A stretch of DNA of 64,000 nucleotides from an uncultured Gemmatimonadales bacterium (lineage in GTDB: Bacteria > Gemmatimonadota > Gemmatimonadetes > Longimicrobiales > RSA9): assembly GCA_963783305.1 (NCBI GenBank), contig CAWAMW010000002.1, positions 128,001 to 192,000 of the forward strand, in the 5' to 3' direction. Below are positions 29,791-39,657 of the stretch, in pieces. Each line of letters begins with the position of its first letter. Position 1 is the first letter of the stretch. The translations under genes and the position numbers were made by a program. The notes below the pieces were generated by a model. The model made no database searches and had not been told where the DNA came from. It worked only from the letters and a program-made list of their open reading frames with translations.

Positions 29791-29811
29791 CTGTTTCCTC
29801 AATATCTGAAT

Positions 29812-32800
29812 TTAGAACCGCGCCTCGACGTTGAACCCGAACGACCGCGTGGACGGCAGAACGTTCCACTCGATCCCCTGCCCGTTCGACGCGGAGCCGA
29901 ACTGGCCGGTGTCGGGGTCGATGTGCGGGACCTTCTTGTAGAAGAGCCACAGGTTGCGACCCTCGACGCCCACTGAGAGGCTGCCGAACGGCGTGCCGGT
30001 GAGCCACCTGCGCGGCAGCGTCCAGTCGAGCCGCACCTCACGAACGCGCGCGCTCGAAGCGTCGAACACGTTCCCCTCGTGAATGCCGCTGTCCGAGTAC
30101 CGGTTCCAGAAGGCCTGCATGCTCTGGACGGGCACGTCGTTGGGCACGTACGTCGTGTCACCGCTCTCGACCACCTGGATCACACCCTCATCGATGAAGG
30201 TGCCATCGCGGTTCACGGCGGTCTCCTCCGCCAGACCGTTGCGGCGCAGCATACCCACGGTGTTCGAGAAGATGCTGCCGCCCTCGCGCCAGTCGATCAG
30301 GAAGCTGCCCGTCACCGGCCCGAAGCTCAGCGTGTTGCTCACACCGATCTTGAAGTCGGGGTCGATGCTGCCCAGACGGATGATCTCGCCCTCCTGCCGC
30401 AGACCCGTGTTGGGATCGATGAGGATCTGGCCCGCATCGTTGCGCAGGAACCCGGGGCCGTAGAGCCCGAGCGACTGGCCCGGCACGGCCTTCACCTGGA
30501 GCGAGTTGAACCCGCTCGCGATGTTGAGCTCCTCCACGCCCGGAGCCAGCGACACGACCCTGTTCTTGTTGGTCGTGTAGTTCGCATCCACGCGCCAGCT
30601 GAAGTCGCGCATCCGCAGCGGCGTCAGGTTGACCGCGAGCTCGATCCCCTCATTGGAGACCTCACCGATGTTGGTGCGGTTCTGCGAGAAGCCCGTGGTC
30701 TGTGGGATCGGGATCGAGATGATCTGATCCTCGGTCCGCACGTCGTAGTACGTCAGGTCGAAGCCCGCGCGGCCGTTGAAGAGCTGCACCTCCGTGCCGA
30801 CCTCGTACGACGTCTGGTTCTGCGGCTTCAGATTGCTCGGCGGAATCGTGTTCGTCGCCTCGAAGCCGGTCCGCCCACCGAACGGGAAGGCGTTGTGCGT
30901 GGCGTACTGCCCCCAGATCTGCGAGGACGGGAAGTACCGGAAGTCCAGCTGGTACGGATCCTCGTCGCTGCCGACCTGCGCCCAGTTGGCGCGCACCTTC
31001 ATGTACGAGAGCACGTCACCGGCGATGTTGAACGCATCGGTCGGGATGAAGCTCACGTTCACCGACGGGTAGAAGAACGAGTTGTTCGCCTCCGGCAGCG
31101 TGGACGACCAGTCGTTACGCCCGGTCACGTTCAGGAACAGGTAGTCCCTGTAGCCCAGCGTCGCGTCGGCGAAGATCCCGTAGAGCTTCCGCTCCCAGTA
31201 GCTGTTCGTCGGCGTGCTGGAGTTCGCGTTGGCGAAGTTGTAGAGACCGGCGACCATGAGGCCACTGGCGACGTTCCGCTGGATCTCGCGCTCGCGCCAG
31301 TTCCAGTTCACGCCCAGGACCGTGCGGAGGTTGAAGTCCTCGTTCAGGTCCGTGCCCATCTCCGTCATGAGGTCGTAGTTCAGCTGCCGCTCCTGGATCA
31401 CGTCCAGGGAGAAGGCACCGTCATCACGACCGACCGTGCCGATGGCCGAGATGGCCCGGCGGTCCTCGGTGTAGCTGTCGAGACCGAACCGGCCGGTCAC
31501 CGTCATCCAGTCGAGGGGTGAGTAGTCCACCGACGCGCTTCCGAAGACACGGTCGACCTCGTTCTCGAACGGGTTCTCGTTCACCACCCAGTACGGGTTG
31601 TTGGAGAACGTGCCCACCGTCTTCTGGTTGCCCAGCTCGTCCTTGTAGTCCTTGAGCGCATCGATGTTGAACGTGCGGGGCAGCCCGTAGACCAGCGGCA
31701 GCAGCACGTTGGGATCGTTGCTCCCCGAGACCGCGCGGCCGATGCTCCCGGTGTTGATGTAGAAGCCCGACAGACGCGCGTTCAGCTCCGGCAGCAGCTT
31801 GTAGCCGGTGTTTACGTTGATCGACGTCCGGTTCAGCTTGCTCTGTGGCACCAGGCCCGCCTGGTCCTGATACGTCACGCCGAGGCGGAAGTCCGCTTCG
31901 TCGCTCGCCGCCGAAACCGAGACGCTGTGGATCGCCAGCAGCGCGTTGTCGAAGAAGTTCTCGACGTTGTTGGGCTGCGCGTTCAGGTTCACCATCTCGC
32001 CGTTGATGTCCTCGACCTCCTGCCCGGCGATCCGCGGACCCCAGCCGTTCAGCGACGTCGACGAGTACACGCCGCTCGTACCCTGCGCGTACTGGTTCTG
32101 GAACTCCGGCCAGACCAGCGCGTCCGACGTGCGGAGCGTGGTGCTGGCGGTGATCGTGTGACCCCCCACCGAACGACCCTTCTTGGTCGTGACCAGGATC
32201 ACGCCATCCTTCGCGCGCTGGCCGTACAGCGCCGCCGCGGCCGCGCCGCGCAGCACCGTCACCGACTCGATGTCATCCGCGCTCAGGTCGGCGCCGCGGT
32301 TGCCCACGTCCACCGCGCCCGTGAGCCGGTCCTGGCTCGTTCCGGCGACAATGTTCGAGTTCGAGATCGGCACACCGTCCACCACGAACAGCGGCTGGTT
32401 GTCGCCCGAAAGCGACGACACGCCACGGATCACGATCCGCGTCGAAGCGCCAATGTCACCGGACTGCGAGATGATGTCCACGCCCGGCGTACGAGCCGCC
32501 AGCGCGTCCACGAAGTTCGCCTCGCGAACTTCCGTCAGCTCATCACCCTGGATCGTCGCCACCGAGTACGCCACCTCGCGCACCTGGCGCTCGATCTGCT
32601 GACCCGTCACCACCAGCGCGTCCAGCTGCAGCGCCTCCGCCGACAGCTCGAAGTCCGCACGCGTGGTCGCCGTCGTCACGTCCACGGCCTGCTCGATCGT
32701 GGCGTACCCCAGGATCTCCACACGCACCGTCTGCGTCCCCACGGGGACGTCCCGGAGCAGGTAGCGGCCATCCACGTTCGTGAACGCATGACGGTTCGCC

Positions 32801-32967
32801 GCCGGGACCTGGACCGCGGCGCCCACTACCGGCTGCCCGCTCTCCACGTCCGTCACGACACCGGTCAGCGTGCCCGCGTCCTGTGCGCTCACCGGCGCCG
32901 CGAACAGCAGCAGCGCCAGCAATGCGCTCAGGGCGAGCATTCGATTGATCTTACCTAGGAACGGCAT
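29812..32967 (-). CDS. susC: SusC/RagA family TonB-linked outer membrane protein
   Basis: NQPLFVVDGVP, DIESVTVLRGAAAAALYG.RA..GVILVTTKKG, RNDWSSTL, terminal F. Confidence 0.95.
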   Translation of the reverse strand: MPFLGKINRMLALSALLALLLFAAPVSAQDAGTLTGVVTDVESGQPVVGAAVQVPAANRHAFTNVDGRYLLRDVPVGTQTVRVEILGYATIEQAVDVTTATTRADFELSAEALQLDALVVTGQQIERQVREVAYSVATIQGDELTEVREANFVDALAARTPGVDIISQSGDIGASTRIVIRGVSSLSGDNQPLFVVDGVPISNSNIVAGTSQDRLTGAVDVGNRGADLSADDIESVTVLRGAAAAALYGQRAKDGVILVTTKKGRSVGGHTITASTTLRTSDALVWPEFQNQYAQGTSGVYSSTSLNGWGPRIAGQEVEDINGEMVNLNAQPNNVENFFDNALLAIHSVSVSAASDEADFRLGVTYQDQAGLVPQSKLNRTSINVNTGYKLLPELNARLSGFYINTGSIGRAVSGSNDPNVLLPLVYGLPRTFNIDALKDYKDELGNQKTVGTFSNNPYWVVNENPFENEVDRVFGSASVDYSPLDWMTVTGRFGLDSYTEDRRAISAIGTVGRDDGAFSLDVIQERQLNYDLMTEMGTDLNEDFNLRTVLGVNWNWREREIQRNVASGLMVAGLYNFANANSSTPTNSYWERKLYGIFADATLGYRDYLFLNVTGRNDWSSTLPEANNSFFYPSVNVSFIPTDAFNIAGDVLSYMKVRANWAQVGSDEDPYQLDFRYFPSSQIWGQYATHNAFPFGGRTGFEATNTIPPSNLKPQNQTSYEVGTEVQLFNGRAGFDLTYYDVRTEDQIISIPIPQTTGFSQNRTNIGEVSNEGIELAVNLTPLRMRDFSWRVDANYTTNKNRVVSLAPGVEELNIASGFNSLQVKAVPGQSLGLYGPGFLRNDAGQILIDPNTGLRQEGEIIRLGSIDPDFKIGVSNTLSFGPVTGSFLIDWREGGSIFSNTVGMLRRNGLAEETAVNRDGTFIDEGVIQVVESGDTTYVPNDVPVQSMQAFWNRYSDSGIHEGNVFDASSARVREVRLDWTLPRRWLTGTPFGSLSVGVEGRNLWLFYKKVPHIDPDTGQFGSASNGQGIEWNVLPSTRSFGFNVEARF

Positions 32968-33168
32968 ACGTCCCCTCCCTCTCAAGTTTGCCTGTTTGAC
33001 TCATGACTTCTCTTCCCCCGTGGGAGACACACGCTCCCGTACGGGTGTCCTGGTGCACTTGGTCCTGCTGGGATTGGTCGGACCTGCCCCCGTTCCAGGT
33101 GGAACTCGGGGTTCCGGTACTGCGGCGAACATGGCTAGCTGTCGATGGCACCTCCTGTGAAGAAGTGC

Positions 33169-33229
33169 TTGACCGGTGTCAAACACCTCGTTATCAAGGT
33201 GTAACAGCAGAGGGTCGCTGGTGTCAAAC
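33169..33229. promoter_or_regulatory. Palindrome and direct-repeat cluster upstream of susC
   Basis: TTGAC-N4-GTCAA (33169-33182); ACACCT-N8-AGGTGT (33183-33202); GGTGTCAAAC at 33175 and 33220. Confidence 0.55.
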
Positions 33230-33292
33230 CCACTGCCCCGTATATAGTTTCAGTCCGGCGCGTACTCGCCCGGGCGATGGGAATTTGCCGGA

Positions 33293-33550
33293 TCAGGCCC
33301 CCGCATCCCACTCGCCGGAGAGCGGGTCGACGCCGAGGGCGAGGGCGCGGTCCCTGCGCTCGCGCTCGAGGCGGTCGTGGTCGATGGCGTCGGCCAGTGC
33401 GTGGAGGAACCCCTCGACCTCCGCGGTGTGGCGGCACTGCTCCGCCACTCCCTTCTCTATGCACTCCGCGCAGCCGGCCCTGAGGGCGCGAGAGATGTTG
33501 GCGAGCTCGTCGACGCCGAGCCGTTCCGTTTCCATGCGTACTTTCAGCAT
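33293..33550 (-). CDS. Small hypothetical protein (85 aa) with CxxC
   Basis: Strong AGGAGG RBS; GCAEC...QCRH; co-oriented downstream of citF. Confidence 0.6.
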   Translation of the reverse strand: MLKVRMETERLGVDELANISRALRAGCAECIEKGVAEQCRHTAEVEGFLHALADAIDHDRLERERRDRALALGVDPLSGEWDAGA

Positions 33551-33605
33551 GCGTACCTCCTGGCCTGCTGCGAGGGCGGCACCCGGCTCTGTTGGCGGTG
33601 CCCTA

Positions 33606-35216
33606 TCACGGGAGCACCTGCCAGACGGTGTCGAGCACCGTTCCATCCACCCATTTAACGATTGAAACAGGGCGTTGTGACACACGTGCGGGAGCTGGAG
33701 GCCCGCCGACGAGGGCCTCCACTTCCGCTTTCAGGACCGCCATGGGTTTGACGGGTAGAGTGCTGTTGATGGTTGCGCGGAGTAGATCTTCTCGCCGTGG
33801 GTTGATGGCGATCCCGCGCTCCGTAACGACGACATCGATGAGCTCGCCGGGCCCGGTGAGGGTGGTGACCCGATCGACGAGAACGGGAATGCGGTCGCGG
33901 AACGACGGCACGGCGAGGATGGTGCAGCCACTGGAGAGGCAGTTCTGCCAGCCGCCGATCCCGTGGAGCAGCATGCCGTCGGAGTGGGTGACGACGTTGG
34001 CGTTGAAGTCCACGTCCACCTCGGTGGCGCCGAGCACCACGGCGTCGACCATGGAAGCGAAGTTCCCCTTGCCGTGGTAGTTGTAGGAGGTGAAGGGGGA
34101 GGTGGCGATGTGGCGCGGGTCCCCAGCAATGGAGGCTACGCCGGCCAGGTCGAAGGTCTGGCCGTCGAGGATGTAGTCGGTAAGCCCCTCCTGGAGCAGC
34201 TCGACGAGGTATTGCGTGGAGCCGCCGCGGACGAATCGTGCCTTCACGCCCGCTTCCTTCATCATGGCGCGGAGGTAATCGACGAACGCCAGGGCGATGC
34301 CACCGGCGCCGGCCTGGAAGCTGAAGCCGTCGCGCATGATCCCGGCATCCCTGAGGAAGCGGGCGACGTACTCGGCGATGAGGAGCCGGTCGGGGCTCTT
34401 CGTGATCTCGGTGGTCCCGGAAACGATCTTCGACGGGTCGCCAACGGAGTCGACGACGACCACGGCGTCCACGTTGTTTCCCTGGATCTGCCATGGCACG
34501 CACGGGAACGGGACCAGGTTGTCGGTGACCACGATGACGTGGTTGGCGTAGATGGAATCGGCGAGCGCGAAGCCGAGAGAACCGCAGGCGGAGGGGCCGT
34601 GGGAGCCATCGGCGTTGCCGAACGCATCGGCCGTGGGGGCGGCGATGACCGCGATGTCGATCTTCACCTCGCCGTCCTGGATCGCCTGCCACCGGCCGCC
34701 GTGGGACCGGAGCACTCCGAGGCCGGGCATCCCACCGCGGGATGTGAGGTCGCCGAGGGGCCCGTTCATGCTCCCCTCGATGTGGTGGACCACGCCGCTC
34801 TCGATCAGGTCGATGACCGGCGCGTGCACCGCGAACGACGCGCTCGGGAACCACCGCAGCCCTTTCACTCCCATCTCGGCGGCCGCCTGCAGCGCCATGA
34901 GCGCCACGCGGTCTCCGTTCCGAAAATGGTGGTGGGTGGAGATGGTCATGCCGTCGCGGAGCCCCGCTCGCTCGAGCGCGGTGCGCAGGTCCGCGACGCG
35001 CTTGTCGCCGCTGGCCGGGTAGTCCCGCGCGGACCGGATGGGTGGGCCGTGCTTCGATCCCTCGGGTGCGTATTCACCCACGCCCCTGAACGGCACCTGC
35101 TCTTCCCCGTTGACGACCGTCGGGACGTCGCGACCGGCCGCGTTCCGGACGACCTCGCCGGCCGCTGGGCCGTCGAGCCACGGCGCGTTCCGCTCCGCCG
35201 CCACCAGAGCGCTCAT
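33606..35216 (-). CDS. citF: Citrate lyase alpha subunit (CoA/ACP transferase)
   Basis: GLRDGMTISTHHHFRNGD, RSHGGR, ACGSLG, FQAGAGG, TPG-like TGPGELIDVVVTERGIAINP. Confidence 0.92.
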   Translation of the reverse strand: MSALVAAERNAPWLDGPAAGEVVRNAAGRDVPTVVNGEEQVPFRGVGEYAPEGSKHGPPIRSARDYPASGDKRVADLRTALERAGLRDGMTISTHHHFRNGDRVALMALQAAAEMGVKGLRWFPSASFAVHAPVIDLIESGVVHHIEGSMNGPLGDLTSRGGMPGLGVLRSHGGRWQAIQDGEVKIDIAVIAAPTADAFGNADGSHGPSACGSLGFALADSIYANHVIVVTDNLVPFPCVPWQIQGNNVDAVVVVDSVGDPSKIVSGTTEITKSPDRLLIAEYVARFLRDAGIMRDGFSFQAGAGGIALAFVDYLRAMMKEAGVKARFVRGGSTQYLVELLQEGLTDYILDGQTFDLAGVASIAGDPRHIATSPFTSYNYHGKGNFASMVDAVVLGATEVDVDFNANVVTHSDGMLLHGIGGWQNCLSSGCTILAVPSFRDRIPVLVDRVTTLTGPGELIDVVVTERGIAINPRREDLLRATINSTLPVKPMAVLKAEVEALVGGPPAPARVSQRPVSIVKWVDGTVLDTVWQVLP

Positions 35217-36430
35217 TGCGGGCCTCCGTTCCCGAGTCCCATGGCCGCGGCCCGATCCACGAGACGGCGGGCGCGGAGCACGACGGGCGCATCGATCATC
35301 TTGCTGCCGAGGCTCACGACCCCGAGGCCGCGCGCCTCGGCCTCGCGGAAGGCCTCGACGATCCGGGTGGCCTTCTCGAGTTCTTCCGACGTGGGCGCGA
35401 ACGCTTCGTGGATGACCCGGATCTGGCGCGGGTGTACGCACCCCATGCCGGTGAAGCCCAGGGCACGGGCGGCCCGTCCCCAGCGAAGCAGCCCTTCCGC
35501 GTCCTGCACGTCGCCATACACCGAGTCGATCGCCTGGATTCCCGCCGCCCGCGCCGCGTTTACCAGCCGCTGCCGCGCCCACAGCGACTCGCTCCCCTCG
35601 GCGGTCTTCGCGACGCCCAGATCGGCGGTATAGTCCTCGAGCCCGATCGTGAGCGCCACGACACTCGGATCGGCACACGCGATGCCGAACGCGTTCTCCA
35701 CACCCAGCGCGGACTCCAGGATCGGCATGATCCAGATCGGCCGGTCTGGCTGCGCGGCGCCATGGCCCCTGAGCTCACGGATCCGCGCGACCACCGACCG
35801 CACCTGCGCCGCGTCCTCCACCTTGGGCACCAGCACCAGGTCCGGCGCCTCCGGAACGATGGCATCCAGATCCTCGAGGCCGAGCGGCAGCTGGTTGATG
35901 CGAACCATGCGCTCCGAACCGCCGAAATCCACGCAGCGGAGGGCGTTCCGGACCAGCAGTCGCGCCGCGCTCTTGGCGGCCGGGTGGACCGAGTCCTCGA
36001 GGTCGAGGATCACGGCATCGGGGCGATGGAGGCCGGCGTTGAGCATGAACTTCGGCTCGTTGCCCGGCAGGTAGAGGCGGGAGCGGCGCAAACGGTCGCG
36101 CGCGGTGGCGGGCGCGGGCGGACGGACCCCACACGGGATCGCGGCCTCTCGCTCCGGCGGCACCACCCCGGCCGCGCGCGCCGCCGCCTCCACCCGGGCC
36201 GCGATCACCCAGGGCACCGCGCCCTGGTCGTCGGCCACGATCCGGGCCCCGGTGACCGCGAGCGCGTCCAGCGTCTCCCGGATCGTGCGACGGATCGAGT
36301 CGCCGTAAAGCGCCTCGACCCTGGAGGTCAGCACGATCTCCGCTTCCGCGTCGGGATCCACGGAGACGTGGAGGTCCGACCGCGCGCTCGCGCCCACCAT
36401 GGCCACCGCGCCCGCCGCCGCGTCGGTCAT
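35213..36430 (-). CDS. citE: Citrate lyase acyl carrier protein (CitD) fused to the beta subunit (CitE, HpcH/HpaI aldolase-citrate lyase family)
   Basis: N-terminal ~90 aa ARSD...S.V..LYG..I...DQGA...I.ARVEAA (CitD-like), then RRSRLYLPGN, DLEDSV, VRIN, PKVE, GLEDY, HPRQI, MIDAPV. Confidence 0.88.
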   Translation of the reverse strand: MTDAAAGAVAMVGASARSDLHVSVDPDAEAEIVLTSRVEALYGDSIRRTIRETLDALAVTGARIVADDQGAVPWVIAARVEAAARAAGVVPPEREAAIPCGVRPPAPATARDRLRRSRLYLPGNEPKFMLNAGLHRPDAVILDLEDSVHPAAKSAARLLVRNALRCVDFGGSERMVRINQLPLGLEDLDAIVPEAPDLVLVPKVEDAAQVRSVVARIRELRGHGAAQPDRPIWIMPILESALGVENAFGIACADPSVVALTIGLEDYTADLGVAKTAEGSESLWARQRLVNAARAAGIQAIDSVYGDVQDAEGLLRWGRAARALGFTGMGCVHPRQIRVIHEAFAPTSEELEKATRIVEAFREAEARGLGVVSLGSKMIDAPVVLRARRLVDRAAAMGLGNGGPQ

Positions 36431-37641
36431 CCCGCCGCCGTGCCCGTTGCCGGCACGCGCGCATCCAGCGCGGCGATGATGGCGTCGGTGACCTCGGTGG
36501 TGGTGGCGGCGCCGTTCTCGATGGCGCGGGGTCCACCCGGGATCCGCATCATGTCGTAGGTCCGCACGCGGCCTTCACGCACCACCGTGGCCACGGCCTC
36601 GCGGACGCGGTCGGCGCGCTCGCACTCACCCACGTGGTCCAGGAGCATGGCGGCGCTCAGGATCATGGCGATGGGGTTGACGATCGGCGGATCCAGCGCC
36701 TCGTACTTGGGGGCGGAGCCGTGGGTCGGCTCGAAGACCGCCACGCGGTCGCCGATGTTCCCGGAGCAGGCGAAGCCGAGACCCCCAACGAGGCCCGCGA
36801 AGGCGTCGCTCACGATGTCGCCGAACATGTTGCCGGCCACCAGAACGCCGTAGTCCTCCGGGTTCTTGGTCAGCCACATCATCTGCGCGTCAATGTTCGT
36901 GGACCAGAGCTGGATGTCCGGGAAATCGGCGTGCACCTTCCGGGCTTCCGCCTCCATCATCCCCGACGTCTCCCGCAGTACGTTGGGCTTCTCGCACACG
37001 GTCACGCTGCCATAGCCGTGGTCCACCGCGTACTGGAAGGCGGCGCGCATGATCCGGTGACACGCGGTGCGCGTGAACACGCGCGTGGAGATGGCCAGGT
37101 CGGCGGGCGGCGTGGGAGCGAACCGGGTGAACTTCGGGTGGGTCCGAAACGCCTCCATCACCAGCTCGGGAGGATTGGTCCATTCCACACCGGCATAGAG
37201 CCCCTCGGTGTTCTGCCGGAAGATCACCACGTCCACTTCGGGCTCGTCCAGCGCGCGATCCATGGTCTGCCGCACGAAGTTGAGCGGATTGCCGGGAAAC
37301 GAACGGCAGGGCCGGATGCACACGTCGAGATCGAACCGCTGCCGGAGCCCGACGATGGGGCTGTAGTACACCAGCCCGCGGTCGCGGAGCGTGGGCTTCA
37401 GCTCCGCCGTGGCTTCATCCTTCGGCTTGGAGGTGATGGCGCCGAAGAGTCCGAGCTCGTGCTCGTCCAGCAGCGCGACCGTCCGCTCCGGCAGGGCGTT
37501 CCCCTCTTCGCACCAGAACTCCCAGCCGATGTCCCCGTGCACGTACTCCGCTTCGAAGCCCACGGCGTCCAGCACCCGCACCGCTTCCGGGAGCACCACC
37601 TTGCCGATGCCATCGCCCGGCATTGCCACGACCTTCCTCAT
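36427..37641 (-). CDS. Isocitrate/isopropylmalate dehydrogenase family enzyme, homoisocitrate-dehydrogenase-like
   Basis: PGDGIG, YSPIVGLRQ, RQNTEGLY, NMFGDIVSD, FEPTHGSAP, NPIAMILS. Confidence 0.88.
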   Translation of the reverse strand: MRKVVAMPGDGIGKVVLPEAVRVLDAVGFEAEYVHGDIGWEFWCEEGNALPERTVALLDEHELGLFGAITSKPKDEATAELKPTLRDRGLVYYSPIVGLRQRFDLDVCIRPCRSFPGNPLNFVRQTMDRALDEPEVDVVIFRQNTEGLYAGVEWTNPPELVMEAFRTHPKFTRFAPTPPADLAISTRVFTRTACHRIMRAAFQYAVDHGYGSVTVCEKPNVLRETSGMMEAEARKVHADFPDIQLWSTNIDAQMMWLTKNPEDYGVLVAGNMFGDIVSDAFAGLVGGLGFACSGNIGDRVAVFEPTHGSAPKYEALDPPIVNPIAMILSAAMLLDHVGECERADRVREAVATVVREGRVRTYDMMRIPGGPRAIENGAATTTEVTDAIIAALDARVPATGTAAG

Positions 37642-37674
37642 ACGAACTCGCCTCCTGGTTGGATCCGTTCCCCG

Positions 37675-39603
37675 TCAGCCCGCGACCCGCGCGCCCTGTG
37701 CTCTCTGGCTTCCCGCGACCACCAGCCGCTGCGGCACCGCCCCCAGCGATGGGAACCGCCACACCCGCTCTCGCCACCGGATCTCGCTCCGGCGGAAGTC
37801 CACTACGACCTCATCGCCGGGGATGATCGTCGGCTCCCCCGCTTCCACCGCCTCCGCCAGACCCGTCAGCACGGCCTCCACGAACGACGGCGCCTCAATG
37901 CAGATGAGGCCGTTGTTGAACGCGTTCCGGAGGTAGGTCTGGGAGAAGCTCCCCGCGATGACGAGCGGGATGCCGCGCGCCTGCAGCGCCGTCGCCGCCT
38001 GCTCCCGGCTCGACCCCGTCCCGAAGTTCCAGCTGCCCACCAACACGTCGCCCGCGAACACACGCTCCGCGAAGGACGGGTCGTAGTTCGCCATGACCAC
38101 CGCGGCCATCTCCTCGGGCGACCGGCTCTCGTAGGTGTGCTCCTTCCCGTAGATCCCGTCGGTGTTCAGGTTCTCGCGCGGCAGGAACACGAGCCGACCG
38201 GTGACGCTCTCGGGGAACCCGTCGATGATCTCTACCTGCTCCACGGGCGGGGCCGGGGCCTCGAACCGCTCGATGTCGCGCTCCGGCGCGCCCGGTCCGA
38301 GCGCCCCATCCGTGATGAAGCCGGCCACCGCCGATTCCGCAACGACGGCGGGCGAGGCCAGGTAGACCTCGGCGGTACGATCGCCCATGCGGCCCTGGAA
38401 GTTCCGGTTCGTCGCCGAAACACCCACCTCACCGGGGCCCAGCAGCCCCGCGCCCAGGCCGATGCACGGGCCGCAGCCCGGGGGGAGCGGGATCGCCCCC
38501 GCAGCCAGCAGGTCGCGCCAGACGCCGCTGGCCTCCGCGCGGTCCTGGATCTCACGGCTTGCGGCCGCGACATAGAGCTCCACGCCATCGGCTACTCGCC
38601 GTTCGCGAAGCAGGCTCGCCGCCACCTCGAGGTCCTCCAGCCGGCCGTTCACGCACGACAGCAGATACGCCTTCTGGATCGAGATCCGTCCCGCCTCGGC
38701 CACGCTCCGCCCCACCTGCACCGACTGCGGACCGGCCAGATAGGGGCGCACGCGCGAGAGGTCCACCGTGATGCGCGCGGCGTAGTCGGCGTCGGGGTCC
38801 GGTCGCGGCGGGGCGGTGCGCCAGGAGACGAGCGCCTCGTCGGTGATGCGCTCCGGGTGGACCGACTCCAGCCGCTCCTGGCGCGCCTCCATGTATTCCA
38901 GCGTACGCGCGTCCACCGGGAACCAGCCGGTGAGGGCGCCCCACTCGGTGGTCATGTTGGCGATGCTCATCCGATCGGCCATGTCCAGCGAGGCGACACC
39001 GGGTCCGGTAAACTCCACCGCCGCGTTCAGCACCTCGCCCTGGTCATACAGGTGGCAGAGGGTGAGGATGAGGTCCTTGCCAGTCACGCCCGCGGGAAGC
39101 TCCCCGTCCAGCCAGACCTGCACCGTCCGCGGGATCTGCCACCAGAACTCGCCCGTGGCCCAGATCGCGGCAGCGTCCGTCCGGACGACCGGGGTCCCCA
39201 GCGCCCCCACAGCCCCGTAGGTGTTGGCGTGCGAGTCGCTCGCCACCGCCAGGCTCCCGGGCAGCGCGAAGCCACGCTCCATCATGATCTGATGGCCGAT
39301 GCCGGTCCCGGCAGGGTGGAACGCCAGGTCGTGCTCACGGCAGAAATCCCGGATCCGGTGGTACTTCTCCAGGTTGTCGGGCTCGTGGTTCTGGATGTCG
39401 TGATCCAGCACCACCACGGGCTGCCGCGGGTCGGCCATGCCCTCCGCCCCCATGGCCTCGAACTTCGCCATGACGGCCGCGGTATTGTCGTGCGTGAGGA
39501 TATGCCGGGGTCGGAGCGTGACCATATCGCCCGGCCGAAGCGGCCGGTCCGGTCCCGCGACCATGTGGCTGCGGGCGATCTTCTCCACTATCGTGGCACC
39601 CAT
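37675..39603 (-). CDS. lysF: Homoaconitase-like aconitase, single-chain fungal Lys4/LysF type
   Basis: HDNT, DHD, GIGHQ, ASDSH, TPVVRTDAAAIWATG..WWQIP, [4Fe-4S] SCVN and CGPC, fused swivel domain NTDGIY and NFGTGSSREQA. Confidence 0.82.
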   Translation of the reverse strand: MGATIVEKIARSHMVAGPDRPLRPGDMVTLRPRHILTHDNTAAVMAKFEAMGAEGMADPRQPVVVLDHDIQNHEPDNLEKYHRIRDFCREHDLAFHPAGTGIGHQIMMERGFALPGSLAVASDSHANTYGAVGALGTPVVRTDAAAIWATGEFWWQIPRTVQVWLDGELPAGVTGKDLILTLCHLYDQGEVLNAAVEFTGPGVASLDMADRMSIANMTTEWGALTGWFPVDARTLEYMEARQERLESVHPERITDEALVSWRTAPPRPDPDADYAARITVDLSRVRPYLAGPQSVQVGRSVAEAGRISIQKAYLLSCVNGRLEDLEVAASLLRERRVADGVELYVAAASREIQDRAEASGVWRDLLAAGAIPLPPGCGPCIGLGAGLLGPGEVGVSATNRNFQGRMGDRTAEVYLASPAVVAESAVAGFITDGALGPGAPERDIERFEAPAPPVEQVEIIDGFPESVTGRLVFLPRENLNTDGIYGKEHTYESRSPEEMAAVVMANYDPSFAERVFAGDVLVGSWNFGTGSSREQAATALQARGIPLVIAGSFSQTYLRNAFNNGLICIEAPSFVEAVLTGLAEAVEAGEPTIIPGDEVVVDFRRSEIRWRERVWRFPSLGAVPQRLVVAGSQRAQGARVAG

Positions 39604-39657
39604 CAATCCTCCCAGGCGGCCTCCGGCCGCGCGCTGCGAAGTTCGGGATCCATCAGG

